This document shows, one piece after another, positions 13,051 to 26,625 of a DNA stretch of 64,000 bases (the first letter of the stretch is position 1; each line of letters opens with the position of its first letter). The stretch covers positions 17,218,058 through 17,282,057 of the forward strand of contig OZ316897.1 in NCBI GenBank assembly GCA_973895155.1, read 5' to 3'. This DNA is from Marsupella aquatica. Its lineage: Eukaryota > Plantae > Marchantiophyta. The notes beneath the pieces were generated by a model. That model made no database searches and was not told the DNA's origin. It saw only the letters and a program-made list of their open reading frames with translations. The position numbers were made by a program, and so were the translations under genes.

Positions 13051-16000
13051 TTAAGAGGAAGATGAACCCACAGCAATGTCCTCTCCACCCTCTGCTCTGT
13101 CGATAGCCCCAGTTGGTCTATGACGCCATATCCCAGCAAGAGTGCTTCCAATGAGGGAGTGACAAACACTGGAGACTGCACATGGGACTGCTGTCAAGGG
13201 GCTGCTAAAATGTTGCCCCGCAAGTACCACTCCTAGCACAGAGTTCTGCGAAACCACCGACATAATCAGAAGGCAATTCGATAGAACATTCCAGACGTTC
13301 TTTTCCACAATGCTGGAGACACTTAATAATACCACTGACCACCAATGATTGCATCCAATCCACTGGACTTGAAAGAGATGTTTACGAAAGAAACTACTGG
13401 AAACGAAGGACGAAGTTTTCACAGAGTACCTGCATCCCAACTTCAATTGAGATTGTCCGTGAACTGCTCTCGTCAATACGAAGAAGGCGTGCTAATATGT
13501 AGCCCCATGCAAAGCCCAGTGTATGCAGTAGCAATACGGCTAGAACTACTGGACCCCCTGATGAAAGAATGGCTCCTGCACTACGCCCAACTGCCCCTGC
13601 ACATACTAATGCAACAATGACTACCGCAATCGATGGGGACACTAGTGATATTTTCTTCACAGATTTGTTGAAGAAGTAGTTCAATATTGCGCCACAGATC
13701 ACCGGAGCAAGCACCACCTGCACAACAAGATTCACAAAAAAGACGCTCCTGAGAACCAACGCCAGTCCAGGGTCCATTCAACAAAAAATATAGACATTTT
13801 TCCTGAGGAACTAAGGAAGACAGATCACCGTGAGAGTCTTGCCCCCTCTGCTACTCTCTCATTTTCCCAGTAAAGAAAGTCCCCTGTGCATGACAGGATA
13901 TTTACACACCTGCAAAGTTGATGCAAATAGGGCAGTAGCATCAACGTTGATGTACTGGCCAACAAGCTTTGCCGTCAGCACTGGGGTCATGACCTGCATG
14001 TAGAAACAATTTAAATCAGATTTCGACAAACCAATCCAACCCTCTTACTGCAGTCCGATATGGGATTCCCTCACTAAGGCTACACCAATCTCCCACTCTT
14101 AGCTGAAGCATCTGAATTTGCTTTGAGTGACATATCGTTTTCATAAGCTTCCATCCATCCCTCTGGACGCAGAGCATGCAACACCCGGACTCCCACCTTA
14201 CCATAAGACTCGCGGCACGCGTAAACACAAACAGACCTGAATAAAAAGAATTTTATGGATACTTTTGGGGGGCAGTGGACAACCATTCTTCGCCCGGCCC
14301 CCACACACAAAACGGTAACTTCGACCGCAAACCAAGACAAACAAAACGTAGGCTGACATCTTTCATATCAAACAAAACCTGCATCTCAAAAGAGAAAATC
14401 TCACCACAGCTAAAAAGGTGCTGGCCGCCGTCATAAGCACTGAGAGTGCCACATTGCCCCTGCATAGCCCATTCCATTGGTATATTATGAGGCGCTTGTC
14501 AGACATACAGAGGGAGAGGGCACAACACCGACAATCAGCAATGACCAACATAAGGAACATCTGCTTCTACCGAAAGATATGAATTGAAGTAATTTTCAAA
14601 GTGGTTGAGTATGTCATCGGCATCCCAGATCATATCCAATCAACCAACAGCGACGATGAGCCAACACAAAGGCAACGGCCGATCAGAAGTAAATACTTTC
14701 AAAATACCTTGCAAGATAGGTTACAATGTTGCTTGCTGTGCCTGCATGCAAGCAAAGGAGCGGTTATTATTAAGACAACAGGAAGACTATTCCATACTAT
14801 TGGGAAACCGACTGATTTCCATCAGTTTGCCACCAGTCTAATCGTGACGTTCCTATATCATTTTCCTTGAGAATTAAGACGAGACCAATGAGTCTTATGA
14901 TAGGAAAAGATCAACGACCTTATAACACGGAAGACTTCTGGAAAAAGAAAACAAGATAAAGCCCTGAAGAGGAATAGGACCAACCTCCAGGACAGCAGGC
15001 TACCAATATAATACCCGCTGCATATTCGGGAGGTAATTTCAACAGGCGACTCACAAGAAAACCAGCAGAAGGCATCACCTGCAGGGAAATGAGGTTGCCT
15101 GTGTGATCAGACCAACAAAAGACACCTTCGTTTCTCCTAGGAACTCAGAAAGATTCGTTAGGGAAAGGAGACTTGAACAAGGCTGATTCTTTTCCGACAC
15201 AAATCCGGATGAGTAACACCTGAGACCACTGTAGCACAGGAGTTGGCTATTCCGGGCCTTGACAAGCACTGTACATCATCTAAACAATAAATTGACAAAC
15301 TTGGCGACAGATTCCTTAATACCGTGTACTGAAGTAGCACTCCCACAAACAGCTCCTTTGGCATTGCAAGTGCGCCCTTGAGATCCTCAAGAGTCAATGT
15401 CATACCCATACCTGTTACATTCACACTCAGCCACAGTCGTCAGCAAAGCCTTACCACGCACTATGAAGCCTTGCATTCGACGAGTCCAGGGAGGAGAGGT
15501 CAACACTTGCATAAGCAATCAATGTAAAATAGATGATTCCTACCCTTTTATCGTTCTTGCTGACTCAAACGACGTGAGGGCGTATAGGGAAGAAATCGCC
15601 CAATTCATGTATAACTGGGAAACGGACTTCTTTTTCGGCTAGCAGGAAGATAGAGTAGCATTCAGACAATAATGCTCTCAGTTTCTTAAGAGCGAACGGT
15701 CAGCAAGGAGTTCCGGTGCTCTACGGTTGAAACACAACTCTTCACATCAACTTACAAAAATTCTATCAAGCTTTATCATATCAGTCTGCTTGAAATCTCT
15801 CAATCTAGCTTTAATTTTTCCCTAAAACTCACTGCCCAGAAGATCAGGTTGGTTTTTCAAGGTGTCCCCTTGTCATTTCAGTATGTATGCTTCATAAATC
15901 TCAAAATAACCTTACTTCTTTCTGAAAGTCACAAGACCAGTGGGTCAGGCTGGCTGAAATGGCTTATCAAGGACTCCATGAACGTGGTAGGGAAAACATT

Positions 16001-16725
16001 AGTCATGTACTCCGGCATCATCGTCCTCATCCCAGATTACCCCTCTCCTCTGGATTCCAAGATTGTGGCAAATAGGAGAAAGGCCAATGTGAAACAACAC
16101 CGCAGGGCAATGGGCGGGAGGGGGAGGGGCAATACGGTCTTCACGTACCGAGCATAGTGACGGTGATGAGCCAGAAGGTAATGGGCCCATTTAGCCATAA
16201 TGTGGTCGTCGGAAACAACAAAGCATAAATGCATGCCAGCCCCACCCATAAAGGGAATGCTGAAGACAAAGCTTCCCCAAACTTCTCCACCTTTTTCTCC
16301 CAGCCCTGCAATTCATTAGCGTCAACTAAAGAATTCCCCAATCTTTCCTCGCCTCCTTCTGCAGTGGCATCCAAAGCTCCCACAAACCCATTCCTAGACC
16401 CAGGTTGGGCCCTCCTGCGTCGACTTTCGGGAGGACGTTCGAGGCCAGAAGACGAAAGAAGACACGAGTCTCGTTGCTTTAAACCCCTTTGCAGAGACAA
16501 CTTGGCGAGATGAGTCGTCGGAAATGAACGCTTACAATCCCCTCGTGCCCGACCCGACAGAATCATTGGGAGAGCTTGAGAAGGACGAACGCTATTTTCC
16601 CTGTGACTTCCATGAACCGAATGCAAAGAAGAACCCCCAAATTGACCTCCTCCTAGACGCTGAATGCTCAAATCTGCAAGTCGAGAAGACTGGAAAAACC
16701 TCGCTGACGACAACGCGAGCTCCAT
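13051..16725 (-). CDS. BASS1: Plastid bile acid:sodium symporter family protein (BASS1 type), 7 exons
   Basis: Ser/Arg-rich transit peptide from the ATG at 16725. Exons carry MLGMGMTL, LVACCPG, GTASNIVTYLA, GNVALSVLMT and ISIEVGMQ/NSVLGVVLAGQHFSSPLTAVPCAVSSVCHS. The last motif fits BASS1 rather than BASS2. Confidence 0.9.
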
Positions 16726-19154
16726 CTTGGAGTAATGTAAGAAACTCAATCGCTCCCCGGTAGAACAATAAAACCCACCAAAGCAAGTCCAGGTACTGCA
16801 GTCTTACATCAATTCTTCGAACTCCAGGTACCAAAACTCCCAAAATTCTTCCCGTACGCTACTGTGGGTGATATCCAAGAGGGGGATTGGTGAGTACATC
16901 CAAAACCCATCAGAGTTTTCTTCCTTTCCAGAAAGTGCATCCTGTAAACTCTGCTGCATGCATCTAAAATGAAGCTGAGAGATACGGTGAACTTGAGGAG
17001 CACACGGAGCTGCTGCTGCACCCAGAAGGAGGCCAGGCAAGGATGGCGCAGCCAGTTCTGCTCCGGTGCTTCGTTTCTTCTTCGACTTGCAGATATTCGT
17101 CGCTGTTTCGTGGTCATTGGGGCTGTGCTGGAACTCTTACAGATCTCGGAAATCACAATTTTGCTCTGCACTGTTTGGAGTGGGTACGAGATTTTGAGGA
17201 GGTCTAGCACTACCGCATTAGATTCCATTTCACTAGGCCGTACTCAAATTCTTCTTTCTAATCAAACTCTGCAAATATATATATATATATATATACGACA
17301 CAGTGAGACACCATGACTTGGTGACACACCCGCAATCTATTACAGTAGATACTTCTGGTCAAATGGGGACTCAAAGTTACTCAAAGTTAACCATATCGAT
17401 ACTTCAGGTCAATTGAGTACTCTCAGTCTATTTGGTCTCTTTGGGTTCAACTCTGGTTTTCTCCCTTCTATTGAGGAGTCCGTTGGGGACACTAGATTTT
17501 TTGTTTATTCGCTTTGTTGGGTTTTCCTCTTGTTTTCTCCCCTTTATTGGGGTCTCCTCCTTTGGGATCCTTCCTCCAGGTTTGGATTTTATTGTTCTTT
17601 GGCAGTGTTGAATACTCTAGATCATCTGGGGAACATATCATTGGATGAGGCGGAGGGAGCAACCGGAATGAGGGGAGGTACCACACCTCTCCTTTCCAAT
17701 TTATTAAGAAAATTAAACAGGCTGGGGCTCACATGTCACTAGTTTAACTGTAGAACCAAGAGGTATACCAAGGAAGATTGGGAGAACGCTTCTCATTCTT
17801 CCTCCCTTGGACTAACCTTCAGGACCTCCTAAGGCCTGGTTTGGCGTGACGATACTCGTTCAGGCTTGGTATTGGCCAAAAAGTTTTCAATTCTCTTCCC
17901 GTAACCATAAATTGGAAATTGTAAAACGCCAGATCCTTCTAGCTTGGAGCTTACTTTCCTCAACAAAAGAAATATACTTGAAATAGCTAATGGGGGTTAT
18001 CCTAGGAGCACAAATTTTGCAATCTGCAACGACTACACAATTTGGTAGATTCACATTGTCTGTATTTATTCACTTCTTGGATGACTTTCGGCCACATCTT
18101 CCAAAAGTTTACAATTTCAGTCAACTTTTTTAGCGAATGCACGACTTGGAACCTTCAGTGTGTCGATGTCTTGACAGGCACTAATAGTTTGTAGCAACCA
18201 TTCACGCTACAAACAGAAATTCTGCACTTTTAGAAGTTCTTTGAAATATCATCATTTTGAGGGGCAAGAGCTTTGTCAATTATCATTCTCATCAAAATTT
18301 GGTTACGGAATTTACCAGCACTAGTTTGTGGGGTCCAGTTTCACTCGGTCTAACTAAGGGACATTGAACTCAGAACTATGGATGTGAGGCGCTTTGCAAA
18401 GCCTAGAACAAATGCAAATAGCAAATATACAACGAGATTCCAGAGTACTTCTAGTTTAGGTTTACCAGGAGCTCTTCGTTACCTTTCTCACTAGTAACCA
18501 TCTCCACTAGTGACAAAGATACAAATGGTAGAGAACCTTGGTAAGTGTTGAAGAGCTATATGGAGGAAGACCCAGGACGCTGCACAGTACCTCGACTGAC
18601 AGGATCACGATTTAGAGGGTCTCTGCCGGTCAGCGGTGTCACTGGTCAATTACATGTGGGGCTTTGGACAATCAGCCAAGGAAATCACCAGGCCCTAGTT
18701 GAGCGTCAATGGCTAACACTACCTCCAGTCCTACTTGATCGGGAATTCATTCTAGGAGTTCAGAACCATAACAAATTAATCATCAAGAAACGCAGGCACC
18801 AGCAATGTGATCCAATCAACAGTCGGCCTATCTCATACCCACTTGACAGCCAATACGCCCACAAGTCTTAGTGGCACAAACGTGCGCTCCCTAAGCTCAT
18901 AGCTTGTAGGAGCAAAGCATCATCCCTTGTTTTACTCACAAGCATTGACTCGACAACTTATTTTGTTAATTTGAAGGATGATCTAAAAAAACGGATCCTC
19001 GGGCCTAATTTGCACTCCCTCTTGAAACCAGCTCAGACATTCACCAATTTTTCTCGACGTACCGGGAGCGTCAACTCCTTCTCCCCTACACGTGAGAGAA
19101 CCCAAGATTCATTATGGATTGACAAGACGTGGGCGACAGTGGATCTATAGAGTT

Positions 19155-22100
19155 CTAACTAGCGATCATGGGGACCTCGGAATCCATCATGGCAACCTTT
19201 TGAAAGTCATTTCGCAATTGCCCACAAGCTGCATTTGCATCCAATCCACGCGTCCGCCTTAGACTAGCTGTCACGTGCTGCTTATTCAGCGTATCCACAA
19301 ATGCCTTAACCTGTCACGAAAGCAGACCATCAGCAAGGTATGTGAAGAACTCCAACTGTACTCACAAACTTACGTTGTGAAGTTGGAAAACTATCCAAAA
19401 CACTTTAGTTCATGACGAAGGTTGATTTGAACTAAAATTCAAATTTGGAGGATGCAGACAAAAAGTCGAAATTACAGTAAACATATATAATTACAGGTTT
19501 AAATTTCGTGTACCTTGGTAAGCGAATATGAGTTGACTAAAATTTCCCAAAACAACCAGATCTTGCTCTAACCAACCATATCGGACGAATCTTTCTACTT
19601 AATATCTCTTAAATAATCAAGCAGTGGAGAAATAATGTACAAAACGTTCTCATTGCTCGTGGCTGTATATTCTTCTGCAAATGGCTATAGTGAACATGGG
19701 CTGCTTTCTTACCTGCGCATTAGTTGGACGCCGAAAAGTCGAATCAGCTATTGGGTTGTATGGTATCACATTCACGTGCCTACCAAGTTTCCAGTGATGC
19801 AGTAGTCGTGCCAATTCCTCTGCGTGCTCAGGCTGGTCATTTACTCCACCTGCACATAAATATATATTTTGTAAGACGTTTCCTGGGGCATGCTTTTCTT
19901 ATCTTTGGATCTGATCTGAAGGCAGTACCGTCTTTTAAACAATATCTGATACACCTCATAATGAAGTAGGTCCCACGAGCTCGGAGATCCTTGTCTTCAT
20001 CTAGTTTTACAAGTCTTCACTAGCAAAATTGACCAGTTTGAAAGAGCTTTTGATGTTGTAAGTTCATTCCCATTATTGTATTTTGTTTTAGTAGTCTGAT
20101 TGTTAACAAGTTGTATTTCTTAAACTCCTGGATATATCGGGATAACAAAGATCAAAGCACAAAACTGGAAGAGTAAGACAAGAAAATGCTTACTTAAAAG
20201 GGTGTACTCAATGGAAACACGCCGGCCAGTTTCATGAAAGTAATTTCTGCAGTCCATCAACAGTGCCTCCAATGGGTATGCCTTTGCACTGGGCACTATT
20301 TGCGTTCGCAATTGCTGATTCGGTGCATGTAAGCTGATAAATTGTCAACAATAACATGTTACCACATCGTCTGGTAGCAAACTCGAAATGAAGAAATCCA
20401 GGAAGATCGTTTCAGTTATTCCTCATACAATAGAATCTGCATTCGGTTATTCCTAATTCAAATAGATTGTCAGTTGTTGGTAATGAAGGCTTCCAGACGG
20501 GTGCGATTCAAAAGCTATACAAAATTGCCCCCTGAATCCCAACCTGATTGCCAGATTAGATTGGAGTTTGTGACTCGCAAGCCTAGCAATGGTATTTGGG
20601 ACACCCACAGTTGAAATTGTCATCATCCTCTGACCTATCGCGACGTCCTGTTCAGATTCCACAGATATGCATCAGCAGCAATCCTCTTGAGCGTACAACG
20701 ACGCCCGCTGGGAAATCAATGTCTTCTATGTGTCAATCCTCTACCAACTCTCTGCGATTCATAATTTCCCATACCATACACTCATGGTTCTGCAGGTCAC
20801 CCAGAAAATAAACATTGCTCATTTACACATTATGCAAGAAATGTCATTTCAAGGGAAGGAGATCGCCAGACCTGGTTCAATGCTCGAACGGCTGGAAGTA
20901 AAGCTGCCAGGTTCATCAAGGGCTCACCCATTCCCATGAAAACGACATTACTGACACGAGCTGTAAACAGCTCTTCTATAACAAGGACCTGCACGAGGGT
21001 ACACACTTTTGTCATTCCAGCTCCGACAGCTGTGCCTAAATTGAAGCACACGAGCAGAGAGGTCTCAATTGGTTTCTCGTATATCTAGTGCAATATTCAT
21101 ATATTCGTGACCAAGAATCCCAGGACTTGGCCACAACGGCAGCATTAGACACTGGACGCAGAAATAACTTGAAACAGAGACTCCATCGAATCACCTGTTC
21201 AATTATTTCATGAGGTTTCAGATTCCGAGCAAATCCACCCTTTCCAGTCGCACAAAACGCGCATTTTAAAGCGCAGCCCACCTTTCAAAAATCACCGGGG
21301 CACATGTTAAAACCAGACAGCAAGTTAACAGAAGGTGAGCTCCGGAACTCAAAGCAAGCAATGCAGTAAGTATTGATGGTACCTGTGAAGAGACACAAGC
21401 TGTTAGTCGTTCGATTTTCCCTTCTTCACCAAATACTGGTATCCCAACAGTCTCCACCAACCTATTATCCTCCAGCCTTAATAAAACCTACAGGGTGGAT
21501 CCCGAGGGAATGAGCAAGTCAGAATGTGTAAATGACATACATTCAGAAGTAATCTGCAGACATTTCACCCCAGGTGAGCTCAGCATAGTACTCAGTAGAT
21601 TTAGTGAACTTAATCACATTCAGATTTTTCTATGCCAAGAGCATATTAGTTTAAGAATTCAATCACTCTTCTGCGTCTACCTGACGGAACAGAAATAAGG
21701 CAACAGTTAAGACAGCAGATCATTAGAATCGTATGGTCTCCTTCCACAACCAACTGTTACAAAAGCAGTTACACACCTTAATGGTACCATCAAGTGATCT
21801 TGCTATATGATGTATGGGAGCACGACCAACTTGCCATCCTTCATTGGTAAGAGCCTCCCTCAATGATTTGGGTACTGATCACAGTCATTGCAAAAACCCG
21901 TCCGATAAGTTCTCAGCCGCCGATGGCGTTTCAACCTATCCCCCTATTTCATCAAGGCAGTTAAGAAATTCTATTGGCTTTGGTGTAAGACAAATTTTGG
22001 TCCCTCATCGAAGTGGCCACTCTCCGAAGAGAACAGGTAGGAACATTTGCATTTTGTAGCAAATATAGACGAGAGTCAAAACTTTTCCGCATATGACACA

Positions 22101-23233
22101 AATATGTGAAAGAAACCTTCATCATTAACAGCCAAAAGAAAGTCACAATGCACCCGGCCTCAACAGAGGCTCCACTGAATTGTTTAGAAAGCACAAAATG
22201 AGATTTGGGCGCATTTAGTCTACCTAGGATGGAACCAGGACAACTTACTGTGGTGAAAATCGTCTATATGCTTTGCCTTGGTTTTATATATCAGTTGATG
22301 GATTTGTCTCCCACGATATTTTTGCTGTAGGACAGTTACCCCACAAAACCCAATATCATGCGTTTCACAAGTTAGAAACCAAGTTAGAGCATGAGAATCC
22401 CAAATCTGCCGGAAATGGTATAACTCCCACCAGATATGGTTTGTTCATCAAATCACTTTCTACATTGGTTCAATTCTCCCTTGCTGAGCGAATTTCTCGT
22501 TACTAGCAGCTCAAAGGTTTTAAACCCTAAACCCCTCGGGATCTTTGAAAAGGCTGCAGACGCCAGTGAGACGGGGCAGAGAATTCCAATTTTGCAGGCA
22601 CTCATGCCCCATAACGCAGCAATGTGTGAGTTATTCATCAGTCCTCTACGATATTTCTTTTGCCAGTATTCCTAGAGTAAACGAAATACCTTCCCAAAAA
22701 TAAAATTGGATCTGAGGAAAGGTACGAACCGCGCCTAACGACATACATAACTTTTGAAGATCTTCCTCAGAGCTTCCAATGAGATATCTGTTGGCAGTAT
22801 TACTTCTATTTTCTACATCCCCCTTCGTTAAAATTTCTCCAGGAGCAGACGAGGATTGCTCTTCATCCACCACACCGGTAGAACTCCGACTGGAGGATTG
22901 AACTACCACAGAAGCGGCACCACCAGCGTCAGCACGCACGGCAGCTCCGAAATGTCGGCTAGATGATGAGGCAACATCACAGAGAGACTGGCCCCTGCTG
23001 CCAATTTTCCGTAGCACCGGTGTTTTGGCCTGCAGCCCAAGTTGGGAGAACATAGAGACGTGTTGGGCAGAAGCTGCTGAGCTGCCACAGAAAGTAGAGC
23101 TACAGCACGAGGAGAACTGCTGCTGCTGCAGCTGCTGCTGTTGTTGTTGTTGTGGAAGAGCTGTGCTGAAGGATGGCCACGGACCTCCGTTAGAGAGCAC
23201 TGCTGGCGGAATCCTCAGTGCTAGTGAAGCCAT
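19155..23233 (-). CDS. rlmN: Dual-specificity RNA methyltransferase RlmN (radical SAM), plastid-targeted, multi-exon
   Basis: Exons carry [25 protein letters not shown] (CxxxCxxC), [31 protein letters not shown] and [12 protein letters not shown]. Stop TAG at 19155-19157. The N-terminal transit peptide has a poly-Gln tract. Confidence 0.93.
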
Positions 23234-23399
23234 TTCTATTTCTCAGCTCGAAAGACAAGGCCAGGCATGGATCGAGCTTAGCACATGTTTGCAGATTTTG
23301 AGACCCGATGTACCCACAAAGGAGAGAGGATGTCTCAGGTCGAGCAAAGAGGCTACAGTAGGAGTGGGGGCAGCTTAGGACATTTTTGTTTGTAGATTG

Positions 23400-25220
23400 G
23401 GCAAGACAATAATATGCACACCCACAAAGGAGGGAGGGTTATCCTCACGGGAGATTTGGAGGGTTGGGTTTTTGCCTCGCACCCTTTGTGGGGGTTTGGC
23501 CACTCTTGTGGTAGGACCTCTTTGTGGAAGTGGAAGCTCGGATATACACAAACCTCTAACATTGCTGTTCGTATGAACAGAGTATTATCTTCACTTGCCC
23601 AAATACAAGGTAACTTCCTCTTTGTGAGACTACTCTAGATATTAATTATTTTGGTTTACCGAAGCAAATAGATATCTTATATATAAAGCCAGAAGGGAAG
23701 GCCCCACCATAATATATGTGCATAGAAAGGAGTATGTTATGATATGCATGATTGTTAGAATGATGGGGCCCAGGCATGATGGGGTTTTTTTCATTTCATT
23801 AACCTTCAAAGAATGGGAATAGTAAATATCTTTTGTTGACACTTTTATTGTCCTCTCCTCTATTCACGTTCAAACAACGGGTAGTTAGGGCTAATAGATA
23901 TAGACAATAGAAGTAGGTAGGGTTGTGTCTAAACCCACAGTTTGTGGGGGTTTGGACATTTTTGTGGTAGGGTCACTTTTTTGAAGTGGAAGCCCGGATA
24001 TGAACAAACTTTTAACATTACTATTTGTGTGGACAAAGTGTTATCTTCACTTGTGAGTAGGGAGGGGCATGGGGAGTCCTTTTGTGAGACTCCCCGTGCC
24101 CCTCCCTACTCACAAGCATACTCTACATATCAATTTTTTCTGTTACCAGAGCAATTATGGCCTGTGCCTTCACTCCATGGAGTACTTACAAATTCTATGC
24201 TATGGTCACCATTTATCATAATTATAGATGTAGGTAGCCTCAATACCACAGTTTGTTGGGTTTGGTCAACTTTGTGGTAGGACAACTTTTTGGAAGTAGA
24301 AGCTCAGATAGTCACATTGTTACTAGGATCATGGCCTTGGAAGCATAAGATTGACTAGACACGTATGTTTGACATTGCTATGTGATGGACACCGGGGATG
24401 GACACTGATTATCTTCACAAAGGGACTTGTAGGGTAGAGCAATTCGACAGTTTTGGGTGTTTGGCTACTTTTGTGGTAGCATCTGTTTTTGGAAGTAGCT
24501 TGGATACACACAAATTAACCTTTGACATTGCTAGTGACATGGACACTATCTTCACTAGCCAGAATACCCATGCATGTGCACAAGAAGGGTTTCACTTACA
24601 TGACATGGACACAAGATTATCTTCACTAGCCAGACCCATGCCTGTTCCTACTCACAAGCATAGCCCAGATATCATTTTTTTATGTTAGCATAGCCCAAAT
24701 ACCATTTTCTTTTTAGCATAGCAAATGACTGCCTATGGCTTCACTCTGTGGAGTACTCATGAATGGCAGACTTCAATGTGAATTATGGTATAGATGAAAG
24801 ATTTGCAGGTAGAGTTTTGTCCTGATTTCCTGTCGTGGGAGTGTGGCCACTTTTGTAGGACCTCATTTTGGAAGCAGAACCTTGGATACACAGAAAAGTT
24901 TGCCCTTGCTACTCAGATAGATACAGGATTATCTTCACGAGAGATTTGTGCTGCAGAGTTTTGTCTCAAATGTAAAGTTGTGGGGGTTTGGCCATTTTTG
25001 TGGTAGGACCTCTTTCTATAAGAGAAGATCAGGGATACACAAAATATTTGAAATTTCTACTCTGATGACATAGGATTTGCAGGTTAGAGCTTTGCCTCAA
25101 TGCAAGCGTTTGTGAGGATTGGGCACTTTTTGGTTGAACATATTTTTGGGAAGTGGAAGCTCAAAGATGCACAAACTCTTGACCGGGCTCTTGACATTGC
25201 TATTTGGATGAACATAGACA
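23400..25220 (+). repeat. Degenerate array of ~7 related ~140-bp units with variable linkers
   Basis: Recurrent GGGTTTGGCCAC.TTTGTGGTAGGAC...GGAAGTGGAAGCT..GATACAC...ACATTGCTA...TTATCTTCAC near 23490, 23945, 24255, 24455, 24840, 24980 and 25120. Confidence 0.75.
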
Positions 25221-26006
25221 CTTTACGGTGTCATAGTGCTTCCAGTACCTTCTAGTGTCCCATCTTGTGTCGTAGAAGTGTAAGAGTCGTATACACAGTA
25301 CCCACTGCAACTAAGGGAATTCAACTCCTGCAGTTGAATGAGAGTCCAGACCACACCATCAATTTCATTGGGACAAAGGGAGTAGTTCTATGATGATCAA
25401 CGAATGGTGATTGGTAAGTTTAATTTATGTATAGGGTAATGGTCTCGAGATGGACCATTACCATGCATAAAGGTCAACAGTATGTCTGATCCGTGTATGC
25501 AGGGAGGCAACAACTGTCATAGCCCACCACTGACTACCTTAATGTATGCTCAAAGGAGCATGAGGGTGGTGAGGTTCCAGCTCCTTACCTTTCCCCACCA
25601 TCCGAACCTGAAGAGACAAGGCTTTACTAATAACTCCTCATTGACTGGTAATCGACCTTCTTGTGGGCGATCTCAATGGTTACGATTTCGATGCTGAATG
25701 TTTTCCCTCAGAAAACACCTCATACTGGGTCTGCTATGCAACTTTCCTGATGCCATGCTGAAAATTTCGCTCCCAACGTTTAACCTCATACAGATGTTGA
25801 CGAGGCTTCTCTAACTCCAACACCACTCACTGAAGGAGATCTAGCGCCATGAAGCATCCATAGGACAGAGGATGGATAAAAATTGGCCTTCTTCGCTAAG
25901 AAAATTGTACAAATATGCGGAACTATGATCTTAGTATTCACACTCTTTCGATATCAAAATCATAAACCACCGCCTCCCACATCTGCCGAGAAGGTGTCAT
26001 TACCGG

Positions 26007-26422
26007 TAACCTACCTTTCTACTATGTTAACTGTGCGCTCAAGCCTTTGCTCGCAAGCCAAAGCCTCCTGCATAAGATGAGTAGTGAGATTAAAGGAACT
26101 CCTAATCTATACAAGAATTGCAAAATCGTTTCCGGAAGGGGGACATAACCTACCTATCTACTATGCTTACTGTGCGCTCAAGCCTTTGCTCGCAAGCCAA
26201 AGCCTCCTGCATAAGATGAGTAGTGAGATTAAAGAAACTCCTATCTATACCAGAATTGCAAAATCCTTTCCGGAAGGGGGCCATAACCTACCTATCCTAT
26301 GTTTGAATGTGCGCTCAAGCCTTTGCTCGCAAGCCCAAGCCTCCTACATAGGTTGGGTAACGAGATTAAAGGAACTCCTAATCTATACAAGATTTGCAAA
26401 ATCCTTTCCGCAAGGGGGCCAT
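26007..26422. repeat. ~138-bp tandem repeat x3
   Basis: TGTGCGCTCAAGCCTTTGCTCGCAAGCC starts at 26032, 26171 and 26308. Confidence 0.9.
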
Positions 26423-26625
26423 CCATGCAGGACAGAGCTGACAATTGAGATTTCACTTTTTAGACCGCGACCCTGGATATACCACCTCCCTGTGACACAA
26501 AAGTCCAAGATATATGATAACATGAACAAAACTGAACACTTCCTAGCAGAAATACTCACAGACAAAACATACATCATAACATTCATCGGTACTGCTTTTG
26601 ATCAGCTGATCGCACTGTTGATACC

